NCBI GenBank assembly: GCA_000004695.1
Contig: CM000155.2
Location: 2,496,001 to 2,560,000 of the forward strand
Length of the DNA: 64,000 nt
Direction: 5' to 3'
From: Dictyostelium discoideum
Taxonomy: Eukaryota
Below the pieces are notes generated by a model, which was not told the DNA's origin, did not search any database, and saw only the letters and a program-made list of their open reading frames with translations. How positions within the stretch are numbered: the first letter of the stretch is position 1; each line of letters starts with the position of its first letter. Positions 1 to 18,526 of this stretch are shown here, piece by piece. Both the position numbers and the translations under genes were made by a program.

Positions 1-167
1 GGTCACATGAAATACCACCAAATACAATCATATGTCCACTCTCTACAACTGCTGTATGACCATATCTTGGTGATGGTTTAGTACCTTCTGTTTGAACTTC
101 TGACCATGTTTGTGTATCTTTTTTTTTAAAAATAAATGAAAAATTAATATATAATAAACATAAAATT

Positions 168-210
<43 letters not shown>

Positions 211-417
211 TTTTTAATACATACCGAAAGAAAATACATAAATATCATTCTTTGGACCAGATGGACTATAACCACCAAATATATACATTGAATTATTATA
301 TAATACACCAGTATGTCTAGTTCTAATTGATGGTGCACTACCAAATGTGAGTATAGTCCATGCTTTAATAGCTATTATTAAAAATAAAAAAGAAAAAGTA
401 TATTAATAAATATTAAC

Positions 418-463
<46 letters not shown>

Positions 464-846
464 CGAGAGAGTGCCATAAAAAATACATACCAAATTGAAA
501 AGTATAAAAATCATTTGTATAAGAACCATCAGGTAATGTACCACCAAATAAATAGAAACCATCATCTCCAACACAATATGTATGATTATTATGTGGTAAG
601 ATATCAGCACTATTATTTCTTAAACCATTACCATTATATATATTACCATTCTTTGTATTCGGATCCACTGTAACTGTACCACCACTTGCAATTGAATCCT
701 CTGAATACAATAATGATTCTGCTGTTGGTGATGATGATGATGATATTAATGATGATGATGGTGGTGGTGATGAATTCTCTGTATTTGGTAATGAACTACC
801 ACTAAATTGTGCTAATGTTGTACTAGTTCTAATTGGTCCACCATCT

Positions 847-878
<32 letters not shown>

Positions 879-1275
879 TTAGTAATTAATTCTCTCTATT
901 TCTCTCTCTTTCTTTTAAAAACATACTTTTAATATTACTTGATGATTGTGAAAGTGGTGAAGATTTATTGATTGTATTACCACCACTATTGTTTAGGAAT
1001 GATACTGATGATTTATTAGAAATGCTATTGTTTAGTAAGGAGGTTTGATGAGGTATATTTGTATTATTATTATTATTTTCTGGTGTTAATAATGGTGACA
1101 TCCCTGGTGATGGAATTGGTGATGTAGTTGCTGGTGATACAGATGGTGAATTATTGGTTGAGTTTACATTTGGTGATGCTGGTGTACTTGTTGATGGTGA
1201 TGGTTGATTTGATTTTGGTGGTGGAGGTGGTACCTTGTTTAATAAGGATGTTTTAAATTTTAACTTATCTGTCAT
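1..1275 (-). CDS. Kelch-repeat protein; start codon and four exons lie in the window and the gene runs off the window at position 1. Exons (minus strand): 927..1275, 491..844, 225..371, <1..117. N-terminal S/P/T/N-rich region followed by Kelch blades.
   Basis: ATG at 1275 (rc of 'cat' 1273-1275). Donors GTATGT at 921-926, 485-490, 219-224 (rc) and acceptors (T/A)AG maintain phase 1-1-1. Translated exons give repeated Kelch signatures (W..P.G..P..R.GHT.V..G..MYIFGG, YxFGG, GD...TW...). Intron at 121-224 is an almost pure T-tract. Confidence 0.7.
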
Positions 1276-1292
1276 TTTGAATTTATTATTAC

Positions 1293-1365
<73 letters not shown>

Positions 1366-1598
1366 TTAAATATCGTTTTGAATTTTTTTTTTTGTATAAT
1401 AATTTTTTTTTTTTTTTTTTTTGCCTGTCTCTTATTTTTTTTTTTTTTTTTTTTTATTACACTTTTTTTATTATTATTATTATTATTAATATTATTTTTT
1501 TTTTTAAAAAAAAAAAAAATTCTATAGTTTATTATTTATTATTATTACAAATATATTGGTATGTTTTGAACCAATTGATGTTGGTAAGTGTTTTTTTT

Positions 1599-1640
<42 letters not shown>

Positions 1641-1884
1641 GATTTTTAAAAAGATATTTATTTTATTTTAATTTTTAATTTTTTTTATTTTATTTTTTTT
1701 TTTTTTTTTTTTGCACGCGCATGTAAAAAAAAAAAAAAAAAAAGTTGAAAAAAAAAAAAAAATATGTGTTGGAAAAAAAAAAAATAAAATAAAATAAAAA
1801 AAAAAAAAAAATCGAAAAAAAAAGAAATTGTTTTGTTGTGTTTTTATTTTTGTTTTTTATTGTTAAATTTTTTTTTTTTTTTTT

Positions 1885-2904
1885 CTAAAGTCTTATTGTG
1901 GCCATCGAGATGGTTTGTTTTAAAAATGAAATATCATTCCATAATTCTTTGAAATTTAAATTATTATTATCATTATTATTAAATCTTTCTTTTATTCTTT
2001 TTTCATAATTTATTAATTGTAATGGTTCATTTTCTTTTTGATTATTATTATTACTATTATTTTCCAGAAAATTTAAATTTAATGGAAAAGTGAAAGCACA
2101 TACTCTTTGAATTGATTGAATTTTTAATATATCATTATTAAAAGGTTTATTTAATTGAACTTCAACTTTTATTAAATCAATTCCACATAAATTATTATTT
2201 TCTAAATCTTGTTGGTTAACATTTTCATAATTAATTAAACCACAATTTTTGAAATTACCACTATTACAATAAATTATTGGATATTCACATAACCAACCTG
2301 ACAAAATTGGAAAATAAATATTTTTTAAATTTAATTCATTTGAAAATTCATTTAAATTAAAATTAAAATTTAAATTATCATTATTATTATTTAATTTTAA
2401 AATTGAAATTAAATTTAATAATAAATTTTTATGTAATGATAAATTATCATTACAAATTATTGGTGAGGAATTATGTAAACTGACATCAATGAATAAATAA
2501 TTTGAAAATGAATTATTTATATCAATTTCTGATCTATCAATTAATGATTTATTATTAATTAAAAAGAATAAAAAATCATCTAAATAAATTAATTTTATAT
2601 TTGATAATTGGGGTAGGATTTTAATTAATATGGGATTGGATTTTATGTGATTTAAAAATTCACATAATTCTTTCCATTCTGGAACATTGTAATCTATTAA
2701 TACTGCACTTCTAATTTCATTACAAAGTAATAAAATATCATTAAAAAATTGGATCCAACTAGACTGATTTGTAAAACAATTCCATTCATTTTTAAATTTT
2801 TTATCACCGTTGAATATAATATCACATTTTCTAAATTCTTTTGGTGATAATAATTTTTTTATTATTTCTAAATTATTATTATTATCATTATTTATTGTTG
2901 CCAT
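1885..2904 (-). CDS. Hypothetical Asn-rich protein, 339 aa, single exon
   Basis: Continuous 339-codon minus-strand ORF with a Dictyostelium-like start context (aaaacaATGg). Non-repetitive hydrophobic/cysteine-containing middle part argues for real coding sequence. No recognisable domain from sequence alone. Confidence 0.5.
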   Translation of the reverse strand: MATINNDNNNNLEIIKKLLSPKEFRKCDIIFNGDKKFKNEWNCFTNQSSWIQFFNDILLLCNEIRSAVLIDYNVPEWKELCEFLNHIKSNPILIKILPQLSNIKLIYLDDFLFFLINNKSLIDRSEIDINNSFSNYLFIDVSLHNSSPIICNDNLSLHKNLLLNLISILKLNNNNDNLNFNFNLNEFSNELNLKNIYFPILSGWLCEYPIIYCNSGNFKNCGLINYENVNQQDLENNNLCGIDLIKVEVQLNKPFNNDILKIQSIQRVCAFTFPLNLNFLENNSNNNNQKENEPLQLINYEKRIKERFNNNDNNNLNFKELWNDISFLKQTISMATIRL

Positions 2905-3403
2905 TGTTTTTTGTCAAAAAAAAAAAAAAAAAAAAAAAAAAATAAAAAATAAAAAATAAAGAAAAAAAAAAAAAAACGAACGAAATAAATTTTTTTTTTT
3001 TTTTTTATTATTCTCTTTATTTCTAAAACCAGCCCATTTTTATTTCTTTTTTTTTTTTTTCTAATTTAAGTAAGAAATTAATTATTTAATATATTTTATA
3101 TAAAATAATAGATTTGAAAAAAAAAAAAAATAATAATATTAAAAAAAATAGAATGATTATATTCAATTTTTTTATGTTCTATATCATTTTGTGTATTTTT
3201 GAGTACTCTATTTGTCTATATTAAATCCATATATTAAAAAATAATACAATCAGATAATCGCTTTGCAAAAAAAAAAAAAGAATAATAAAAAAAAAAAAAA
3301 TGAAAATATTTTTTTTTTTCAATTTTAATTTGGTGAAGTCTCAATTTTTTCTTATTTTTTTTTTTTAATCAAATTTTAAATTAAAATTTTTTTTTTTTTT
3401 GAA

Positions 3404-3435
<32 letters not shown>

Positions 3436-3531
3436 TTTTATTTTTGATTTTTTATTATTTTTTTTCAATTTTAATTTATATTTAGAATCTTTGAAATACA
3501 AATAAAAAAAAAAAAAAAAAAAAAAAAAACT
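2905..3531. promoter_or_regulatory. Divergent (bidirectional) promoter region between the minus-strand hypothetical gene and plus-strand csn6
   Basis: 627 bp ORF-free spacer of homopolymer A/T runs between two head-to-head start codons (2904 minus, 3532 plus). Confidence 0.4.
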
Positions 3532-4440
3532 ATGACAGATACAACAACTACAACCACTACAGATGCAAATAAATTAGTATTAGAAAAGAGTGCAAATAGC
3601 TCAGGTTTAGAAGTTGATCTTCATCCATTGGTTTTAATTAATATTAGTGATCACTTTACACGTACAAAAGTTCAAAGTAATTATCAAGATAATTGTAGAG
3701 TAATTGGTGTTATTCTTGGTGTACAAAATGGTAGAAATGTTGAAATTTGCAACTCTTTTGAAATGGTTTATGCAACTGTTGATAAACAATTAGTTTTGGA
3801 TATTGAATATTTAAGAAAGAAATATGAACAATGTAAATAATCTAATTAAATAATTATAAATAATAATAATAATAACAACAATAACAATATCATTCATGTT
3901 ATTATGCATTTTTATTATTTTTTTTTATAAAAAAAAAAAAAAGTATAAAAAACACTAACCAAAGAAAAAAAAAAAAAAATTGTGAAAATACAGTCAAAAA
4001 AGTATTTCCATTATATGATTTATTAGGTTGGTACTCAACTGGTAGCCAAGTTTCAAAGGATGATATTTTATTACACAAACAAGTAGGTTTTGACCTATTT
4101 TTTTTTTTAAAAAAAAAAAAAATTTAGAATTAAATAATTAATTTACAATTTTATTATTATTATTTTTATTATTATTATTAAAATTATAATTTTAGATTTC
4201 AGAACATAATGAAAGTCCACTTTATTTAATGTTGGATACAGATTCACCAAAGAGTAAAGATTTACCAGTTATTATTTATGAATCAGAGTTACATATTGTA
4301 AATGATGAACCAACTACAATATTTGTTAAAACTCCATACAAAATCCAAACTGGTGAAGCTGAAAGAATTGGTGTAAATCATATTGCTAAAGTAACTCCTT
4401 CTGGTAGTGAAGGTTCTGGTTGTAAGTTTTAATTTTTTTG

Positions 4441-4474
<34 letters not shown>

Positions 4475-4883
4475 GTTAATAACTTTTTTTCAATTTATTT
4501 TTTAATTATATTATTATTATTTAAAAATTCAAAACTCAAAAAAAAAATATATATATAAAGTAACAAGCCATTTATTCACAATGCATAATGCTATTTCAAT
4601 GTTAAATATTCGTGTCAAAGCCCTTAGTGATTATTTGCAAGCAGTTAAAGAGAAAAGATTACCATATGAACAAAATATTTTAAGAAAAGCCTCAAGTTTA
4701 TGCAATCAATTACCAACTATTGATACTCATGATTTTAAAAAATCTTATTTACAAGAATACAATGATGTTTTATTAGTTACTTATCTTGCCTCAATCACTA
4801 AAACCTCTGCTTCTCTCAATGATACCATCGATAAATATTTAGTTTCAAATGAAAAACAATCAAAGAGAAGATTTTACCAATAA
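3532..4883 (+). CDS. csn6: COP9 signalosome complex subunit 6 (MPN domain, no JAMM metal site), 312 aa. Exons: 3532..3832, 3994..4082, 4196..4421, 4561..4883.
   Basis: Exon 1 encodes LHPLVLINISDHFTR...VIGVILG..GRNVEICNSFE, the CSN6-type MPN signature (NISDH, not the Rpn8 VVDH). Exon 2 gives F-KKVFPLYDLLGWYSTG (matches CSN6 F-KQVFKELEFLGWYTTG). Exon 3 gives EAERIGVNHIAKV (CSN6 EAERIGVDHVARM). Exon 4 gives HNAISMLNIRVKAL...ITKT. Donors GTAAAT/GTAGGT/GTAAGT and acceptors cag/tag/aag keep phase (1,0,1). Confidence 0.85.
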
Positions 4884-5240
4884 ATTGTAGAAAATAAATA
4901 AAATAAAAAAAATAAAAAAAAAATAAAAAAAAAACTGAAATAAAATGTAAACTTTTTTTAAAAAATAATTTACATTTTAAATGTTTAAAATAAAAAAAAT
5001 TATTTAAAATTAAATTAAAAAATTAAAAAAAATTAAAATAATCCTTTTTTTCATCATGTTTTTTAACGCATTTTTTTTTTTAATTTTTTTTTAATTTTTT
5101 TTAATTTTTTAATTTTACATTGCACCAAAACGTTGGGCAGGGGTTTTTTTTTTTTTTGAAAATATTTAAATCAACTTTTTGAAAAAAAATTTTTAAGAAT
5201 TTTTTTTTTTTTTTTTTTTTTTTTTCCCCCCCCCCAAAGG

Positions 5241-5282
<42 letters not shown>

Positions 5283-5319
5283 TATAAATAAAATTGTATT
5301 TATATATACAATCCATAAA

Positions 5320-10713
<5,394 letters not shown>

Positions 10714-10784
10714 AATAAATAAAAACGATATACATATTTATAAATTTTAAATTTTTATTATTCTTTTTTTTTTTTTTTACAATA

Positions 10785-11399
10785 TTATCTACTTCTACTA
10801 CTACTTCTACTTCTACTTTTATTATAATTTATACTTCTTGAACGACCTCTATCAATAGACTTTTTTTCACTACTTCTACTTCGACTTCTACTATTTTCTC
10901 TTTTATTTACTTTATATTTATTTGATTTTTCATTATCTTCATCTTTACTACTACTTTTGTCACTCTTATTTTTTCTTCTTTTTGATGACCTTTTTCTGTG
11001 TTTTGAGTCTCTATCGGACTCACTACTGCTATCAGAATCACTACTGCTACTATCACTACTATCACTGTCGCTACTATCACTACTATCACTGTCACTACTA
11101 TCACTACTATCACTACTACTATCACTATCATCATCAGAAGAGGAATAAGATTTTCTTCTTTTCTTTTTCTTTGATAGTATTTTCTTTAATTTTTTATCTT
11201 TTAATTTCTTTTCCTTTTCATCATTATCTTTTGTTGAACCTTTTTGATATGAATTTAATGTTTTTTCTAAAAGCTTTTTATCATTTAAAAGTGCCGTTCT
11301 TGTTGGTCTTGATACATATAATGGTTTGGATTTACATTCAAATGATAAATGGCCAAATTGTAAACATTTTTGGCAGGGTCTTGAATTATTTTTGTTCAT
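10785..11399 (-). CDS. Zinc-knuckle (CCHC) protein with SR/SD-rich tail, ZCCHC10-like, 204 aa, single exon
   Basis: PCQKCLQFGHLSFECKSKPLYVSRPTRTALL matches the ZCCHC10 core ([31 protein letters not shown]). Followed by a lysine-rich and then (SSD)n/(RS)n low-complexity tail. Confidence 0.8.
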   Translation of the reverse strand: MNKNNSRPCQKCLQFGHLSFECKSKPLYVSRPTRTALLNDKKLLEKTLNSYQKGSTKDNDEKEKKLKDKKLKKILSKKKKRRKSYSSSDDDSDSSSDSSDSSDSDSSDSSDSDSSDSSSSDSDSSSESDRDSKHRKRSSKRRKNKSDKSSSKDEDNEKSNKYKVNKRENSRSRSRSSEKKSIDRGRSRSINYNKSRSRSSSRSR

Positions 11400-11736
11400 C
11401 TGATTGTTTAACTATTCTTTGGATTTCTATGAAGAAAAAAAAAAAAACAAGAAACCTATTTTTAAATTTTGAAATTAATTATTGGAATAAAAAAATAAAA
11501 AAAATAAAAAAAATAAAAAAAATAAAAAAAATAAGTGAAAAAAATAAGTGAAAAAAAAAAAATGAAAATAAACTAATATTTTCACTTTGACAAAGATTTT
11601 TATTTATATCTTTTTTTTTTTTTTTTTTTTTTTTTTATATATGAATTAAATACAATTTGTACAAAAAAGTTTATTTATTTTTTTTTTTTTTCTTTTTTTG
11701 TTGATATTAAAAAAAAAGTTTAAACGATTGAATTTG

Positions 11737-11790
11737 AGGGGGAGGGGGAGATATAATAATTAATTGGTAATAATTAATTACCAATAAAAA
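11737..11790. other. G-rich element (GAGGGGGAGGGGGAG) followed by a 9-bp-stem hairpin (ATTGGTAAT-aatta-ATTACCAAT)
   Basis: Read directly at 11737-11790, in the spacer upstream of the ZCCHC10-like gene and downstream of the HTH gene stop. Strong local GC spike in a more than 90% AT context. Confidence 0.4.
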
Positions 11791-11867
11791 AGGATAAGCG
11801 CATATTTAAAAATGTTATTGAGAATATTGATTGAAGTTGTTGAAAAGTTTATACATTATTATTACTA

Positions 11868-11913
<46 letters not shown>

Positions 11914-12061
11914 TTTTTTTTTTTTTTTTTTGCTTAATATATGATTGATTATTATTATTATTATTATTTGAATTTTTTTTTGATTTTTTTTTTTTTTTTA
12001 CAAAATTCGGTAAAGATGTGAAAATAAAGAATCGGAAATTTTTTAAAATGTAATCGAGGAA

Positions 12062-12748
12062 TTAATTGCCAATACATTTAGTACCAGTTAAATTAATTCC
12101 ATTTCTCATTTTAAAGTTTTCCAACCAACCACTACTAGCCTTGAAAGTGTTATTATTTAATTGTTTTGATAAATCGAGAGCAAACTTTTTAATGGTTTCA
12201 CCGCTAACCATTTCACCATTAGCACGAGCTTGATTAATTTTTTCAATTATTAAATTTTCTTGTTCAATTGAGAAGGAGGCTTTTGGACCTTTGTGTAATT
12301 TCTTTAAATTCTTTTTACCAAAACTTCTATATTTATCAATGTTTGAAATCCAACGAGAAATAATACTACGAGAGATATGATATTTCTTTACAACATGATT
12401 CATACCAAACTTATTTTTCTCTTCAAGAATTTCCAACTTTTTATACACCTCATATGATTTTCTTGGTTTCTTACCATTAATAGCGGCAGCACTAACTCTT
12501 TTACTCACTTTACCACTATTTGTAATTTGGTTATTAATATTATTATTATTATTATTATTAAATTCACTACCACTACAAATTGGTGAATTTGGAACTTGCA
12601 TCATTGGGCTACTTGGTTCATCTCTTCTTGATGAACAATCATCACTATCATATTCACTATCATCATCTGAAAAATTATTATTGTTATTATTATTATTGTT
12701 ATTATTATTATTATTATTATAATTATTATTATTATTATAATCAATAAA

Positions 12749-12796
<48 letters not shown>

Positions 12797-13321
12797 AAAA
12801 ATATTATTATTAAAATTATTATTATTTGAGGATGGAACTTTAACTGGTGAAGAAGAAACTATTGGTGAATGAACTGGAGTTGTTTGAGTTGAATAATAAT
12901 AATTTGGAGAGGTACTTGTTGGAGATGATGGTGATGATGGTGTTTTGGTTTTTAAGCTTGCAATTGTATTTATAATGGTTTCATCTGATGTATCTTCAAT
13001 AAGTGATGATTGATCTGAATTATTATAGGATTGAATATACATATTTACATTATTAAAACTACTATTTAAACTATTATTTTTAATTGAAACTCTTGAAATT
13101 TTATTGAAATTATTATGATTATTATTATTATTATTATTAAAATTATTATTATTAAAATTATTAAAATTATTATTATTATTATTATTATTATTATTTGTAT
13201 TGTTATCTGAAATATTTATTATTTGTATTAATGGTGTTGTTGTTGTTGTTGTTGTTGTTGTAGTTGGTGTTGGTAATGTAATTGGTTTTGAAATATTATT
13301 TAAAATATAATGTAATTCCAT
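12062..13321 (-). CDS. Protein with CENP-B/pogo(Tigger)-type N-terminal DNA-binding domains (HTH_psq-like plus CENPB-type HTH) and a long poly-N/poly-T N-terminal region. 419 aa. No transposase (DDE) domain.
   Basis: C-terminal 140 aa: KKPRKSYEVYKKLEILEEKNKFGMNHVVKKYHISRSIISRWISN...GPKASFSIEQENLIIEKINQARANGEMVSGETIKKFALDLSKQ...FKASSGWLENFKMRNGI, the pattern of pogo/CENP-B helix-turn-helix modules. ORF stops at 12062 and the downstream 600 bp has no ORF, so no DDE catalytic domain follows. Confidence 0.6.
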
Positions 13322-14603
13322 TTTTTTTTTTTTTATTTTTTTTTTTTTTTTTTTATTTATTTATATACTATTAATTATTATTATTGAAAAATTATTTTAT
13401 GTGTAAAAATTATTACTATTTATTATTTATTGTGTATGAAAAAGAATTATCTGAATGATAAAATTATTTTTTTTTTTTGAATTGTTTTTTTTTTTATATT
13501 TTGTAAAAGGTAAAAAAAAATAAAAATTAAAAAAATAAAAATTAATTTAATTGAAAATTTGAAAATGTAGACTCTGAAAAAATTGAGAAAAGGGAAAAAA
13601 AAAAATAAAAAAAAAATTAATATAAAATTATTTAATATTTGAAAAGGTAATGTTGAAGTGGAATAATTTTTTTTTTTTTTAAAATAAAATTAAATTAATT
13701 AAAATAAAAAAAAAACTGAAAATAATGTTTTTATATAAATGATGGATGAAATAAAATTTGTTGTTTTAGGACAAAAAAAAAAAGAATTTTAAAAAAAAAA
13801 AAATAAAAATAAATTTATAAAATTAAAAAAAATAAAAAAAAATAAATTAAAAAATCAAAATTAAATTTTTTTTTTTTTTGTTTTTTTTAATTTCATTCCA
13901 AAAACAAAAGAATTTATTTCGATGAATTGGTTTCGAGCAAGAAAAAAAAAAATTTTAGGTGTGAAAAAACAGTGTTGAGAAATCTTTAGAAAAAAATTGC
14001 ATGTGCATGATTGTGTGGTGTAAAAATGTGGGATTTTTTTTTGAATTAACCCGCTCATTCACAGAGTTTTCGATTAATTTTATTTTTTTTTGATGCAAAC
14101 GAAAAAAAAAAATAAAAAAAAAATAAAAATAAAAATAAATTTAAATTAAAAAAAAAGATTGTTTGGCGAGCTCGCCGATGCGTGTTTTTTTTTTGGGGTT
14201 TTTTTTTTTTTTTATAAGTATTTTTAATTTTATGCAAAGGAGCTTACTCTTATTTTTAAAAATAGTAATTTTTTTAAAAATTTGAGAAATATAAATAATA
14301 AAAAAAAATTATACAATTTTAACAAAGATTTTTTTATTTTTTTTTTATTTTTTTTTTATTTTTATTTTTTTTTGACAATGCAAATTTAACAAATCATTTT
14401 TTATGTTGGTTTTTTACAGTCAATATTATGACTGTATTAATGATTTTTTTTAATTTTTTTTTTTAATTTTTTTTAATTTTATTTTTTATTTTTAATTTTT
14501 TTTTTTTTTTTTTTTTTTTTTTTGTGTAAACAACAATTTTTTGAAAAAATAATCACGATGGCAAAAAAAAATTTATGAAATCGAATGATATTTTTTTTTT
14601 TTT

Positions 14604-14642
<39 letters not shown>

Positions 14643-14864
14643 GTTTAAGAAAGACTTCAATTTCGAAGAACTTGTGTAATAAAGATATTTTTTTTTTTTT
14701 TTTGGGATAGGGTACCAAATCTTTATTATTTTTATTATTTATTATTTTTTATTTTTTTTTTGGGGAGGTGAAAAAAAAAAAAAAAAAAATTGAAAGAAAA
14801 GAGAAAAAAAAAAATAAAAAAAAAAAATTTTTTTACAATTTCTGATGGAAAGAGATAAAAAAAG

Positions 14865-14930
<66 letters not shown>

Positions 14931-14943
14931 CTATTAATTGTTT

Positions 14944-15019
<76 letters not shown>

Positions 15020-15662
15020 ATTTAAGGAATAAAACAACATCAATTGCGTGTTGTTATTGCAGTTGTCATAAATTCTACAATAAACATATTTTTTTTATTT
15101 TTTTTTTTATTTTATCTGTACAAGAGTTGGTTGCTATGTTGTGTGGTGTTTAATTATGTGTCACTTTACATTGTTTTTTTTTTTTTTTTTTTTAATATTA
15201 TTTATTGTTATTTGATTTCCTATTGTAATTTTTATTGTGTCAAATAAAAATAGATATTACAAAGGTTTTTTTTTTTTTTTTTTTTTTTATAAAAAAAAAA
15301 GAAATTACTTACTTTAAAAAAAAAAAAATAAAAATAAAAATAAAAATTAAAAATAAAAAAAAAATAATAATAATAATAATAACAACAATATATAAACGGT
15401 TCCAGTAAAAACATTGATTTTTTTATTTTTTTATTTTTTTTTTTTTAATAGTGTGTGATTCTATTATTAGAACCAATGGTTCATATTTTTTTTTTTTTTT
15501 TTTATATTATAGGTGGGGGTAGATAAAATAAATTCCATTAGGTGATAGTTATTGTGGGTGAGTGGGTGTTATAGTGTGTGATAATTGTGAAGTTATATAT
15601 GGCGATGATGGAAATAGTGTTCGCTCCATACAAAAATTAAAATAATAATAATTATTATTATC

Positions 15663-15696
<34 letters not shown>

Positions 15697-15723
15697 CATC
15701 AAGAGAAGAGTTTGTTAAAATTT

Positions 15724-15757
<34 letters not shown>

Positions 15758-15846
15758 TTTACTTACAATGAAAGCGTAGATTGTTGTATTACTTTGTAGA
15801 ATATGTTGCAAAAAAAAATGAAATATATTTTTTTTTTTTTTAAGCT

Positions 15847-15869
15847 CTATTAGTCAGACTTAAAATTAA

Positions 15870-15908
<39 letters not shown>

Positions 15909-15958
15909 AATTAAAATAAATAAAATAAAATAATTAAATAATTTAATAAATAGATTAA

Positions 15959-16009
<51 letters not shown>

Positions 16010-16010
16010 A
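15847..16010. repeat. (AAAT)n / (AAATAAAT)n tetranucleotide microsatellite, two blocks
   Basis: aaataaataaataaat... repeated from 15865-15905 and again 15960-16010. Confidence 0.9.
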
Positions 16011-16844
16011 AATTAATTAATAAATAAGTGGATTGGAAATTATTGTGGTATTAGATTTTTTTTTTTTTTTATAGTATTTTTGTTGACGTTGAAAAAATAA
16101 ATGTGTTATTATTAAAAAATATTTATTTTATTATTTTGTTTTTTTTTTTTTTTTGAAAGAATTTGAGAATATTAATAGATATTATTAAATATAGAATTTG
16201 TTGATTTTATTTTTTTTTTATTTTTTTTTTTATTGGGTGGAGTAGTGATATTGTGGAGTAGTTATATTTAATGTTTTTTTTTTTTTTTTTTTTTTTTTTT
16301 TTGATTGTGTGGTGCAAAGAATTTTTTTCTTATAATTTGGTGTTGGATAAATTAATAAATAAAATAAATAATTTTTTTTGTTTTTTTTTTTTGGTTGCTT
16401 AAATAATTTTTGTTTTTAGATTAATGGTTTGTTTGTTGGTTTTAAAGAGAAAAAAAAAAAAAAAAAAATCAAATTTATTAATATTTTTTTTTTTTTTTTT
16501 TAAATATACAAATAATTTAATAAAATAATAAATAAATAAAAAAAAATAATAATAAATAAAAAAAAAAAAAATATGTCTATTTAAATAAATATTAATTTTT
16601 TTTATTTTTTATTTTTTTTTTTTAATAAATTAAATTTGGGTAATTGGGTGTTGATAATATTATACTCATGACTAAAATAATAACATGAGTGAAAAGAAAG
16701 AAACTGCGATGGTGATGATGATGAGGAAAAATAATATTATGGTGTGGGTGAGTGGGTGTGTGGGGTTTTAAAAAAAAAAAAAAAAAGTATGTGCGATACA
16801 TACAATGTTGAGTTTATAAACTCAAAAAAAACAACACAACAACA

Positions 16845-16985
16845 ATAAAAACAACACCATTAACAACAACAACAACAACAACAAAAACAACAAAAACAAC
16901 AACAACAAAAACAACAACAACAAAAACAAAAATAAGAATAATAATAACAATAATAAAATTTTAACAATAACAAGCAGCAACAAAA
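16845..16985. repeat. Imperfect (CAA)n/(AACAAC)n microsatellite in non-coding context
   Basis: caacaacaacaacaacaaaaacaacaaaaacaacaacaacaaaaac... read directly. No start or splice context supporting coding. Confidence 0.85.
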
Positions 16986-17436
16986 AAAATAACACCCACA
17001 CACCAACCACATACACACTACTGCAACAATAGATAGATATGGAAAGAATATGAAGGTAACTTTAGAACCAAAATTTTAAATGCATCAACAATGTCGATAT
17101 ATATCAAAATTAAGTGAAATTTTTGTGTTGACACAAGAAAATGAATGAAAGTAAAAACCACTCGCACAATAACAAAAAAATAAAAATAAAATAATAAAAA
17201 AAATAAAAAAATAATAAAACAAAAATAAACACACACACCCACACACCCACCACGGTGTTATTGTGAAGTGATGAATGATTCAATATAATACAAACTCTAT
17301 TTTTATAGTTCCTTTATGAAACAAATGTGTGGTGAATTTTTTTTTTTTATTATTTTTATTTTTTTTTTGTTATTCTATTAATATTTTTTATTATATTAAT
17401 AGTGGGCGATATATTATGAAAGGGGTTTTTCTTTTA

Positions 17437-17502
<66 letters not shown>

Positions 17503-18490
17503 CAACCAAAATAATAATAATAATAAAAAAACACAATAGTAATAAAAAAAAAAACAATAGGAAAATAATAAAAAATTAAGTGATTTTATAATTATTATTG
17601 GTATTATTAAATTAATTAATATTTTTCATTACATTTGTTTTAAACCTACTACTTTTACCGCTACCGTTTTTTTTTTTTTTTTTTTTTTATTTTTAAAATA
17701 TTTCGCGATATAAAATTTGTTACTACTAATTTTTTGGGGCAAGATATAAAAATAGAATATTATTATTATTTTTATTGTCAAGTAAAAAAAAAAAATTATT
17801 ATTAATAATAAAAATAATAATAATAATATAAAATAAAAAATTTAAATTAAATAAAATAAAAATCAAATTAAATAAAATAAATGTTTAAAATTAGGATATT
17901 TTACTAGGATTTATTTTTTTATTTTTTTATTTATTTATTTATTTTTTTTTTTTTTTTTGAAAGAGTGAGAGAGATAAAGAATGATAGAGAGTGAGAGATA
18001 TGTATGTGTGTTGTGCAAATAAAAATTTATTTTTAATTTTTTATTATTGAAATATAATATATGATGATGATGGTGATGAAGATGATGATGAATATGATGA
18101 ATTTTATTTGTATGACTATAAATATGATGCTATGGAGAATAAAATTTTATATAGTTACCAAAAATAGATTTTAATAAATTAATATTTGACTTTCTTATTG
18201 TTATTTTATAATAGTTGTTAAATTTATATTTTTTTTATATAATTATTATTATTTTTTTTTTTTTTAATTTATTTTATTTTTTATATATATATATAATTTT
18301 TATATTTTTTCCAAAGGATCCTTTGGAATGGGCGAATTTATTTATTTATTTTGAATTAGTTAGTTTATTGGTAGTTTGAGATTTTTTTATTTTTTTATAT
18401 TTTATTTTTTTAAAGTGAGACCATTGAAAATTATTGTGTTTGGTCAGGTTATTGGGTTAGTGTGTTTGTGAGTGAGTGAGCTTGTGATTT

Positions 18491-18526
<36 letters not shown>

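Noticed and set aside
10907-11551. ORFs 10907..11134(-), 10922..11551(+), 10957..11148(+) overlapping the zinc-knuckle gene
   Set aside because: Alternative-frame and antisense readings of the (SSD)n/(RS)n repeat, giving poly-I/V/Y/H products; no splice or start support.
14735-15811. Several 60-100-aa ORFs made of poly-F or poly-K
   Set aside because: Translations of A/T homopolymer runs in the intergenic desert; no coding complexity.
18055-18160. Acidic-looking stretch YDDDGDEDDDEYDE... suggestive of a hidden exon
   Set aside because: It is an imperfect (GAT)n microsatellite with no ATG in frame, a stop immediately upstream and no splice signals.
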